DNA of 64,000 nucleotides from Spirochaetota bacterium (GTDB lineage Bacteria; Spirochaetota; UBA4802; UBA5550). Position numbers and translations under genes: made by a program. The stretch lies in assembly GCA_050298055.1 (NCBI GenBank), contig JBNKTL010000015.1, forward strand, positions 26,432 through 90,431, written 5' to 3'. Below, one piece after another: positions 30,258 through 38,290 of this stretch. The notes under the pieces were generated by a model that made no database searches, had not been told where the DNA came from, and saw only the letters and a list, made by a program, of their open reading frames with translations. Every line of letters starts with the position of its first letter. Position 1 is the stretch's first letter.

Positions 30258-31706
30258 ATGTTGACAGATAAAAGTGTTACAGAATTGAAAGAACTCCTGG
30301 GAAGAGGCGAAGTCAGTGCGTCTGATATTGCCGGTTCATTCCTCGGGAGAATAAAATCCCTGAACGGTGACCTCAATTCATTCATAACGGTGGATGAAGA
30401 AAGACTCATGGATGCCGCGGTTGAATCTGATAAAAGAAGGAAGAGCGGGAACACTCTTTCAGAGTATGACGGAATCCCCGTAGCAGTGAAGGACAATATC
30501 TGTACGGAGGGGATGAAAACCACCTGCGGTTCAAAGATCCTTGAGAGTTTCGTGTCACCTTATAACGCTACTTCATACAGCAGGCTTTCTGAAAAGGGGT
30601 TCATACTGCTGGGTAAAACAAACATGGATGAATTTGCCATGGGGTCCACAAATGAAACATCATATTTCGGACCGGCGAAAAATCCCTATAACCTGTCTCA
30701 TGTTACCGGGGGAAGTTCAGGGGGATCGGCAGCGTCAGTGGCCGCACGGATGGCCCCTCTTGCCCTGGGTTCCGATACAGGGGGTTCCATACGTCAGCCT
30801 GCGGCTTTCTGCGGTGTTGTGGGAATAAAGCCTACATATGGAAGGGTCTCCCGGTACGGGCTGGTTGCATTCGCGTCCTCCCTGGACCAGATTGGGGCAT
30901 TCGGCAACACTGTGGATGATGCGGGAATACTTCTTTCCGCTGTTTGCGGATATGACAGCAGGGACACAACATCGGTTGATGCTGAGATTGATTTTCCTGT
31001 TGATGCCATCACCGGTGATATCAGCGGCATGGTTGTGGGTGTGCCCGAGGAGTACTTCCAGGGTATTGCTCCTGAAATCAGTGATGCAATTAATAAAAAG
31101 CTGGGTGAGCTTGAAGAATCGGGCGTGCGGGTGGAAAAAATTTCACTCAAGTATACCGAGTACGCCATTCCTGTCTATTACCTCATCGCAACAGCCGAGG
31201 CGTCATCAAACCTTGCCCGCTTTGACGGAATAAAATACGGCTACAGGACGCCCGGTTCATCGGACCTCAGTTCTCTTTATAACCGGACAAGGAGTGAGGG
31301 TTTCGGGAAAGAGGTCAAGCGAAGGATAATCCTGGGGACTTTCTCTCTCAGTTCCGGGTATTACGATGCCTATTACCTCAAGGCCCTGAAAGGACGCAAA
31401 CTGATCATAAACGACTTTAAAAAGACTTTTGAAAAAGTCGATGTCATTATCACCCCCACAACAACTACAACTGCCCCGGTGTTCGGAGAACTTGTGAGCG
31501 ATCCTCTCCAGATGTATATGTCTGATATTCTTACAATATCCGCGAATCTTGCGGGCATTCCCGGTCTCTCCCTCCCCGTGGGACGTGACAGCAGCGGGAT
31601 GCCTATCGGGCTCCAGATAATGGGAAACCATTTTCAGGAAAAGAAGATACTCAACATGGCAAAGAAGATTGAGAGTACCTGTGAATCGTTCAAACCTGAT
31701 ATATAA
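30258..31706 (+). CDS. gatA: Asp/Glu-tRNA amidotransferase subunit A
   Basis: GKTNMDEFAMGS, GGSSGGSAA, GSDTGGSIRQPA, EVKRRIILGTFSLSSGYYDAYY. Confidence 0.96.
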   Translation: MLTDKSVTELKELLGRGEVSASDIAGSFLGRIKSLNGDLNSFITVDEERLMDAAVESDKRRKSGNTLSEYDGIPVAVKDNICTEGMKTTCGSKILESFVSPYNATSYSRLSEKGFILLGKTNMDEFAMGSTNETSYFGPAKNPYNLSHVTGGSSGGSAASVAARMAPLALGSDTGGSIRQPAAFCGVVGIKPTYGRVSRYGLVAFASSLDQIGAFGNTVDDAGILLSAVCGYDSRDTTSVDAEIDFPVDAITGDISGMVVGVPEEYFQGIAPEISDAINKKLGELEESGVRVEKISLKYTEYAIPVYYLIATAEASSNLARFDGIKYGYRTPGSSDLSSLYNRTRSEGFGKEVKRRIILGTFSLSSGYYDAYYLKALKGRKLIINDFKKTFEKVDVIITPTTTTTAPVFGELVSDPLQMYMSDILTISANLAGIPGLSLPVGRDSSGMPIGLQIMGNHFQEKKILNMAKKIESTCESFKPDI

Positions 31707-32136
31707 ACCTCTTCTCCTGGCGCTTCTGCTGACCGGCTGTTATTCATACAGGCCCTTTGTCATTAAAACAAAAATCACTGTTAAGGATATTGTTCCCTCT
31801 GAGAAAAACAGCAAAAAGTATTTTATAAAAAAAAATCTCAAGTATTTTGTCTATATAAGATCATCGTCACCCATTGCCGGAATAAACAACAGGGGTGTTG
31901 ATCTCGCGTTGGAGGGAAGGTTCCATGATGCAGAGTCCCTGTTCAGAGAGTCAATCCGGGAGGAGAGTGACCAGGCGGCGGTATACAACAATCTGGGGAT
32001 TATCTATGAAATATTCCGGTTAAGAAAAAAAGCGTTTGATATGTACTCACAGGCATGTATAAAGGAACCGGATAACAGTTATTTCAGAAATAATTTTTTA
32101 TCCTTTGTAAATCCTCAGAAAGATCAGAGCAGGTAG
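31669..32136 (+). CDS. TPR lipoprotein
   Basis: LLLTGC lipobox, AAVYNNLGIIY TPR; start uncertain. Confidence 0.65.
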   Translation: MRVPVNRSNLIYKPLLLALLLTGCYSYRPFVIKTKITVKDIVPSEKNSKKYFIKKNLKYFVYIRSSSPIAGINNRGVDLALEGRFHDAESLFRESIREESDQAAVYNNLGIIYEIFRLRKKAFDMYSQACIKEPDNSYFRNNFLSFVNPQKDQSR

Positions 32137-32139
32137 TCA

Positions 32140-32733
32140 ATGGTTTTTTATGAAACAAAAATATTCAGGTACTCCCTTATTGTAATACTCTGTGTTGCGG
32201 GGATTTTTCGTCCCGGCCGCTGTGATGCCGGTGTTTCCGAACAGGCGGGTCCTGTTATCATTGCTTCTGAAAAGAGAACGGTTGAAAATCTCTTTGTTGA
32301 AAAAAAAGAGGAGGTGTCGCTGACAACCACGCTCCTCCTCGATTTTACACTTCCCGGAGGGGGCCATTTTTACAGGGGTGATTACCTTACGGGGAGCGCT
32401 TTTCTGGCTCTTAAGATTACCGGTGGCCTCATGACCTGGTATTTTGTCACAAACTGGAAAGAAGCCGAAGAGAGTTATAATAACAGTAAAAGCGCAGGAG
32501 TTTCCGCTGATGAATTAGAGAATGAAAGGCGCCGTTATGACAAGTCGGCGCAGTATGTAACATTTACTGTTGCGCTGAATATCCTGGTTTACGGTGTGTC
32601 TGCCCTGATAAACTATAACAGTGTCACGAAGACAAATGAGAGAGCATTTCCCGCGTTAAACATTTCTCTGTCGGGGGGGAATGAGTACTCTGATGAATAT
32701 ATACTTAATTTCGGAGTGAGAATGAGGATCTAA
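32140..32733 (+). CDS. Hypothetical membrane protein
   Basis: LPGGGHFY motif followed by TM segments; operonic spacing. Confidence 0.6.
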   Translation: MVFYETKIFRYSLIVILCVAGIFRPGRCDAGVSEQAGPVIIASEKRTVENLFVEKKEEVSLTTTLLLDFTLPGGGHFYRGDYLTGSAFLALKITGGLMTWYFVTNWKEAEESYNNSKSAGVSADELENERRRYDKSAQYVTFTVALNILVYGVSALINYNSVTKTNERAFPALNISLSGGNEYSDEYILNFGVRMRI

Positions 32734-32735
32734 GA

Positions 32736-33734
32736 ATGCTTGTTGACAGTTTTTCAAGGAAACATAACTACCTGCGGATATCCGTTACTGATAAGTGTAA
32801 CCTGAGATGCAGTTACTGTATGCCTGCTGAAGGTGTAAAACTCCTGGAGCATGACCAGGTCCTCAGAAACGAGGAATTCCTGAGAATAATCGGGATCTTT
32901 TCCCGGATGGGCATTAACAAGATAAGGTTTACCGGGGGAGAGCCTTTTGTCAGGAAGGGGTTTATGGACCTGCTCGGGAGTGTCAGGAAGGAATTCAGCG
33001 AGATGGAGCTGTGTTTGACAACCAACGGCATTCTCCTCGGCAGGCATCTGGACGAACTGGTGGATTTAAATATCAGGAAAATCAATATAAGTCTCGATAC
33101 ACTCTCCCGGGAGAGGTACAGGGAGATTACGGGGTCCCATATGATAGAGACTGTCATATCCGCCATTGAAGACGCCCACCGCAGGGACTTTTTTGATCTC
33201 AAGATCAACTCTGTTCTCTTCAGGGAGACACTGGATGAACTGGACAGCTACCTGGAATTTTTCAGGGAGAAGAACATTCTCATCAGGTTTATTGAAAGGA
33301 TGCCTTTTCCCCGGGTGGACGTTACGCAGTCTTTTGTCTCATCAGATCGGCTGGTTGAGGCACTTGAATCGCGAGGCGTTCTCATAAGAAATACGGAGTC
33401 GGATACGAAGGTGGCATCCATGTATGACTTTACCCACAAAAGCGGTTATAAAATCCAGCTTGGCATGATACCGCCAATTACACACAAGTTCTGTTCTCAG
33501 TGTAACAGGTTGAGGCTTACTGCGGACGGGATGCTGAAAACATGTCTTCATTCGGCAGATGAGATAAACCTGCAAGACAGGTTGAGAAGTAAGGAGAGTG
33601 ATGATGCGATTATGGAAATCATAGCTGAAGGCGTTAACAATAAAAAAAAGGAACATGGAATTACCTGTGATCCGCTCAATGGCGGATGTTCCGCATTGAC
33701 CGGTTCCCGGACAATGTCAAAAATCGGAGGATAA
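32736..33734 (+). CDS. moaA: GTP 3',8-cyclase (radical SAM)
   Basis: YLRISVTDKCNLRCSYCMP, FCSQCNRLRLT..G..KTCL, C-terminal MSKIGG. Confidence 0.95.
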   Translation: MLVDSFSRKHNYLRISVTDKCNLRCSYCMPAEGVKLLEHDQVLRNEEFLRIIGIFSRMGINKIRFTGGEPFVRKGFMDLLGSVRKEFSEMELCLTTNGILLGRHLDELVDLNIRKINISLDTLSRERYREITGSHMIETVISAIEDAHRRDFFDLKINSVLFRETLDELDSYLEFFREKNILIRFIERMPFPRVDVTQSFVSSDRLVEALESRGVLIRNTESDTKVASMYDFTHKSGYKIQLGMIPPITHKFCSQCNRLRLTADGMLKTCLHSADEINLQDRLRSKESDDAIMEIIAEGVNNKKKEHGITCDPLNGGCSALTGSRTMSKIGG

Positions 33735-33741
33735 TCATTTT

Positions 33742-34566
33742 ATGGCTGTAACGGTAATGGATATATATACAAATCTCCTGCCTAAAACAAACTGCGGCGA
33801 GTGCGGTCATCCAACATGCTTCGCGTTTGCCAGCATGGTTGTGGTTGAAAAATATGACCTGAACAGGTGCCCCTACCTGGAGAGCAGTAAAAAGGAAGAG
33901 TTCCGGGAGGAACTTGACCGGCAGCATGCCCAGGGAAAGTGGGTCAAAAAGGACATAGCGGCCGATGCCCTTGAATGGGCCCGGGAGAGGTCGGCGTCCA
34001 TGGATATTGAAAACCTTCCCGGGAGGATCGGCGGTGATCTTACGGATGTTGACGGTGAAAAAGCACTGGAGATGCCCTACTTTAACCGGAAGATTCTCAT
34101 AAGAAAAAACATTATTACAACACTTGAGGGAAAGGAACTCAATCCCTGGGAGCAGGTCTTTATTTTTAACCATATGGCACAGGGGGGAAGTTCTCTGCCT
34201 GCCGGAAAATGGATATCTTTCCAGGAAATTCCCAATACAATCCCGAAGATGGTATCCATGAAGTCCGAGGTGGAAGAGCCTCTTGTGAAAAGGTTCGGCG
34301 GAAGGCTGGGTGAGCTGAAAGAAGCGGCTGAATCACTGGGCGGTGCAGAGACCGGCGAGACCGGGGGGTCAGCGGACGCGGTTTTTCTTTTCAGGGCATT
34401 CCCCAGGATCCCGGTTCTCCTGAACTTCTGGGATGAGGACAAATCGGAGGGTTTTGGCGCTGAGGCAAAGCTTCACTTTGATGAAACAATTACCGAACAC
34501 CTGGATATTGAATCCATTGTTTTTCTCAGTGAAAGGTTAAGGCAGCTGCTCTGCGGTGAGGAGTAG
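33742..34566 (+). CDS. Fe-S cluster domain plus DUF3786-like protein
   Basis: LPKTNCGECGHPTCFAFA...CPY; FPRIPVLLNFWDED. Confidence 0.78.
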   Translation: MAVTVMDIYTNLLPKTNCGECGHPTCFAFASMVVVEKYDLNRCPYLESSKKEEFREELDRQHAQGKWVKKDIAADALEWARERSASMDIENLPGRIGGDLTDVDGEKALEMPYFNRKILIRKNIITTLEGKELNPWEQVFIFNHMAQGGSSLPAGKWISFQEIPNTIPKMVSMKSEVEEPLVKRFGGRLGELKEAAESLGGAETGETGGSADAVFLFRAFPRIPVLLNFWDEDKSEGFGAEAKLHFDETITEHLDIESIVFLSERLRQLLCGEE

Positions 34567-34721
34567 ACAGCCACTGCGTGTCCCGGTGACTTTTCGTCCC
34601 CTGATCAGAATGTTTTTGTTTTTTGGGCAAAACCATTAAAGATGAGACAGGATAACAGGAAAAACCCTCCGGGCCGGAAAAAAGTACTTGAAATATTGGG
34701 ACATGATATCTGTCATAAAGC

Positions 34722-34895
34722 ATGAGAAAGAAAATAATCAAACTCACCCTCCTCGTTATTGCGATTTCTGCCGCTTTATTTTATCTCAACAGCAGGAGAA
34801 TAACTCCGGAAGAGCAGCTGATGAAAGAGATGGGTAACATCCTGAAGGATGCCTACGGCCGGGATACGCGGCAGAACTTTGAAAAACTGAAATAG
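34722..34895 (+). CDS. Small protein (57 aa) with N-terminal TM or signal segment
   Basis: Below ORF-track cutoff: MRKKIIKLTLLVIAISAALFYLNSRRITPEEQLMKEMGNILKDAYGRDTRQNFEKLK; ends 12 nt before the next gene. Confidence 0.5.
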   Translation: MRKKIIKLTLLVIAISAALFYLNSRRITPEEQLMKEMGNILKDAYGRDTRQNFEKLK

Positions 34896-34907
34896 GACCT
34901 GCCCGCT

Positions 34908-35360
34908 TTGTCTGAGAGAAGAATACAGCCAGAAGAAATAAACGACTACCCGGTGAGAGTGGAGATCCCCGTAGCATGGGGTGAGATGGATTCCTTCGGC
35001 CATGTGAATAATACTTACTTTTTCCGGTATTTTGAAACCGCGCGGATAAAATACTTTGAAAGCATCGATGTCACCCGGGCCATGAAAGAAAGCGGTGTGG
35101 GGCCCATCCTTGCGGAGACCCGGTGCAGGTTCCTGAAACCTGTCTATTACCCGGACAGGCTGACTGTGGGGGTCCGGATAAAATCCATGGGAAGGACAAG
35201 CGCGGTAATGGAGTACCTTATCGTTGCCGAAAAGGCCGGTGTTGCCGCCACGGGGAATTCGGTCATTGTCATGTTAAATTACAAAACATCTGAGAAATGT
35301 GAGATCCCGGGAGAAGTCAGGGAGAAAATAAACAGGATTGAAACCGGTTCTCCTGCGTGA
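34908..35360 (+). CDS. Acyl-CoA thioesterase (4HBT/hotdog)
   Basis: VAWGEMDSFGHVNNTYFFRYFETARI. Confidence 0.9.
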   Translation: MSERRIQPEEINDYPVRVEIPVAWGEMDSFGHVNNTYFFRYFETARIKYFESIDVTRAMKESGVGPILAETRCRFLKPVYYPDRLTVGVRIKSMGRTSAVMEYLIVAEKAGVAATGNSVIVMLNYKTSEKCEIPGEVREKINRIETGSPA

Positions 35361-35369
35361 GATCGATCT

Positions 35370-35696
35370 CTATCCGGGTGGCCGCCGTTCCGGGATCTGT
35401 GCGGGTATCTTTCCTTCCGCAAGGAAACCGGGAAGAATATAGAGGCCGCAGAAGCAGTGCCCGTACTCCTCCTGGTCTTTTTTACAATACTCACAGGGAC
35501 AGATGATGTCTTTGTCCTTCTCTCTCTCTCCGTCGGCGTCCCTGCAGGGACATGAATAGTATCCATACCTGTTATAGTTCTTTGTGAGACCCGTTACAAT
35601 GTTCTCAAAGAATTCTCCGTGGGGATGGAGCTCCCAGTTGTTTTTCCGGGAAACCATGGTCACGAATTTCAGTGTGTGGCTGTACTCCTTTTTCAT
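35370..35696 (-). CDS. Ferredoxin:thioredoxin reductase catalytic-subunit family protein
   Basis: YGYYSCPCR...ICPCEY...GHCFCGLY. Confidence 0.88.
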   Translation of the reverse strand: MKKEYSHTLKFVTMVSRKNNWELHPHGEFFENIVTGLTKNYNRYGYYSCPCRDADGEREKDKDIICPCEYCKKDQEEYGHCFCGLYILPGFLAEGKIPAQIPERRPPG

Positions 35697-35717
35697 CTGT
35701 TGTCTGCCCTGTTTTTC

Positions 35718-36017
35718 CTAAGAGGAGAATTTTTTTTCCCAGTCCGGCCTGTAGAAACCCACAAGGGATTTTTCATCATCAATGGTCAGGAAAGGGAAGG
35801 AGACAGAGAGCCGGTATTTATTTTTCAGCTCTCCTTTCAGTCTCTGTTTTATGTCATGATCAAGTTCATCCACAAAAACATATTTAAACCTGATTGAGTT
35901 GTCTTTCAGGAACGCCAGTGCCTGTTTGCAGAAACCGCAGGTCGAGAGGGCGTAGAGGGTGAGGTCTCCGAAGTCTTTACTTCCCTCTTCAAAGGTAAAT
36001 GTTATCCCGCTGATCAT
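35718..36017 (-). CDS. Glutaredoxin/NrdH-like protein
   Basis: YALSTCGFC, SFP, VGF. Confidence 0.85.
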   Translation of the reverse strand: MISGITFTFEEGSKDFGDLTLYALSTCGFCKQALAFLKDNSIRFKYVFVDELDHDIKQRLKGELKNKYRLSVSFPFLTIDDEKSLVGFYRPDWEKKFSS

Positions 36018-36102
36018 AATTTTTTAATTTACTTTTTTTTTATGTTAATTTATTCTTTCCAATAAGTCAAGTGATATATGTATCCTTCAACAGGGACAGG
36101 CT

Positions 36103-36591
36103 ATGAAGATAGGTATTGCGGGAAGCATAAACGGGATAACGGAGAAGCAGGGAGAAGCCTTTGTGAAACTCATGGCACGGTACAGGCATAAATACGGCGA
36201 CCTCTCCTTTCATCACGGGGGATGCCGCGGGGCCGATGAAACGGTGCAGAGGCTCATTCTTGAAAACACCCTGGCAAAGAGTGTTGATATCCATCCTCCC
36301 ACAGATAAGGGTCTCCTCTGGACATTGGAAAGGGCGGACAGGGCCTCCGACGGCGGGAGGATAAAGCTGAACCGCCACAAAGAGAGGCCCCACCTGGGAC
36401 GGTTTTATGACATCATTGACATCTGCCAGCTCCTGGTAACATTTCCCGAGGAGGAGAAGGAGATAAAGGATTCCGATGTCTGGGCCTCGGTGAGATATGC
36501 CAAGACAAAGAAGAAGAACATCATAACCTTTTTCAGGGACGGCAGGGCAACCAAGTGGCCCGCGGTGAAGGCCGCGGGGAAGGGTTTTTGA
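36103..36591 (+). CDS. SLOG-superfamily (YspA/DUF2493-like) protein
   Basis: KIGIAGS, HHGGCRGAD, LLVTFP, WASVRYA. Confidence 0.55.
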   Translation: MKIGIAGSINGITEKQGEAFVKLMARYRHKYGDLSFHHGGCRGADETVQRLILENTLAKSVDIHPPTDKGLLWTLERADRASDGGRIKLNRHKERPHLGRFYDIIDICQLLVTFPEEEKEIKDSDVWASVRYAKTKKKNIITFFRDGRATKWPAVKAAGKGF

Positions 36592-36654
36592 TTTTTTTAC
36601 CCTGATAAAGCCTTCTTTATCTTATTGAAATAATGACAATCTTTATCCCCTGTT

Positions 36655-37245
36655 CTAAGGGAAAATATTCTTCACGATCTCCTCTACTTCCTTCAGCCAT
36701 CTCCTTCTCTGTTCCATTGTACTGTTAACGACAATGCCGAACACCTTGCGGTATGACCTTTCTATCCCGCAGAAGTGAAAGATGCATTTCTTCCAGATAT
36801 TTTCCAGGGGGTCTCCGAATACCTCCTTTTCCCTCTCATGGGGAGTGTCCGAGGTGTTGAATACCAGGGCCCTCTTCCCCCTGAGAAGACCGGCCGGTAT
36901 CCCTTCACCGCTGTCTCCCTCCCTGAACTCGTATGCCGTACCGGGCCGTATGACCCTGTCTATCCATCCCTTGAGGATTGCGGGGGGCTGTCCCCACCAG
37001 TTGGGGTGAACAAAGATCATCCCGTCACATTCCGTGAGCTCCCTGCACTGTTCCTCTATAAGTGGATCAACGGCACCCTTTTCCCGGATTTCCCTGAAGG
37101 GGAGGAGAGGATCGAACTTTTCATGGTAGAGATCGTGGAACACCACATCATGTCCCGAATTGCCCAGGGTGACCAGGACCTGGTTCGCGATGGAGTGATT
37201 AAAACTCTTCCTGTTGGGGTGCGCAAGTATGACCAGTATTTTCAT
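36655..37245 (-). CDS. NAD(P)H-dependent oxidoreductase, flavodoxin-like fold
   Basis: ILAHPNRKSFN, DLYHEKFDP, PNWWGQPPAILKGWIDRV. Confidence 0.9.
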   Translation of the reverse strand: MKILVILAHPNRKSFNHSIANQVLVTLGNSGHDVVFHDLYHEKFDPLLPFREIREKGAVDPLIEEQCRELTECDGMIFVHPNWWGQPPAILKGWIDRVIRPGTAYEFREGDSGEGIPAGLLRGKRALVFNTSDTPHEREKEVFGDPLENIWKKCIFHFCGIERSYRKVFGIVVNSTMEQRRRWLKEVEEIVKNIFP

Positions 37246-37323
37246 GAATTATCTTTCCTTTGTGTGAAACCTTTTCCTGTTGTCCCGGAACCGGTAATTT
37301 GAAACTCGGAATCCGGAAGTAAA

Positions 37324-37491
37324 TTAAGCCGGACGTTTGCGGTAAACAGCGCCTTTATTGTAAAGCCTTCTCTCCAACCAGGACCTTCTTTCATTGATCC
37401 TTCTGTCAATACCGGTATATCCGTATGATGGGAAAGACCGTCTTTCGAAAACTCTCCGTGAAAAGCATCTTTTATCGGTATAGAAGTACAT
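37324..37491 (-). CDS. Small Arg-rich protein (55 aa) with repeated [DE]RR motifs
   Basis: Below cutoff: MYFYTDKRCFSRRVFERRSFPSYGYTGIDRRINERRSWLERRLYNKGAVYRKRPA; AAAGG upstream. Confidence 0.5.
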   Translation of the reverse strand: MYFYTDKRCFSRRVFERRSFPSYGYTGIDRRINERRSWLERRLYNKGAVYRKRPA

Positions 37492-37648
37492 GATTATACG
37501 CCTTTTTTTATGATAGTTGTCCGTATCATTTATATCGGTCTTTTGCGGGGTACAATTAAGTGCCTCTGTGGCAAATTCTTCTTTTTATATGAAATCTCCC
37601 CCCCTTGTAAGGGGGGAGAAAAAGAGGGGATTGTTTCAATTTCTATTC

Positions 37649-38071
37649 TTAATAATTAGGACAATTGGGGCAACCGCCGGGACCGCGGCCGTATCCTCTT
37701 CCCGGGCCTTTCCCGTAACCTCCTCTGCCCGGCCCTCTGAAGCTGTTGAATTTTTCTTTTTGTTCTTTTGTAAGAACCTTCTCAATTGCCTTTCTGTGTT
37801 CTACATGGATCTCCATTATCTTTGTCCGGTCGGCGCGGTTTTTGAAGTACTTTTCCCTGAATTCAGTATCGATCTTAAAGATCTTTTCTACCTGCTTTTC
37901 AGAGAGTCCCAGTTCCTGTTTCAGAAAAACATATTTCCCGGCACCGCATCCTCCGTAAAATCCCGGACCGGGTCCTCTTCTTCCGCCTCTCCCGTATCCC
38001 TGCGAAAAAGCATCAGCCGCTGTGAGAGAAATCAGTGTAACAACAGCCAGTGTAAGTATTCCTTTTTTCAT
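37649..38071 (-). CDS. Spy/CpxP/ZraP-like periplasmic protein
   Basis: Signal peptide, LGLSEKQ and VLTKEQ (LTxxQ) motifs, Gly-rich ends. Confidence 0.75.
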   Translation of the reverse strand: MKKGILTLAVVTLISLTAADAFSQGYGRGGRRGPGPGFYGGCGAGKYVFLKQELGLSEKQVEKIFKIDTEFREKYFKNRADRTKIMEIHVEHRKAIEKVLTKEQKEKFNSFRGPGRGGYGKGPGRGYGRGPGGCPNCPNY

Positions 38072-38290
38072 CTTCTCTATCTCCGTTTTTTTTAATTTTA
38101 CCGGTTTGACCCTTTATTATTTTAAAGGGTTCCATTTTTTATTTTCTCCAACAATTTTTTACTCCAATGTATAAGTAAACTAAATCAAGATTTGCCACAG
38201 AGGCACGGACACAGAGAATTTTTTTTCTCCTTGCAAAATTTATTTATTTCATGTTTACTATGATTATAAAATGAATAAGCGGAAAAAAAA

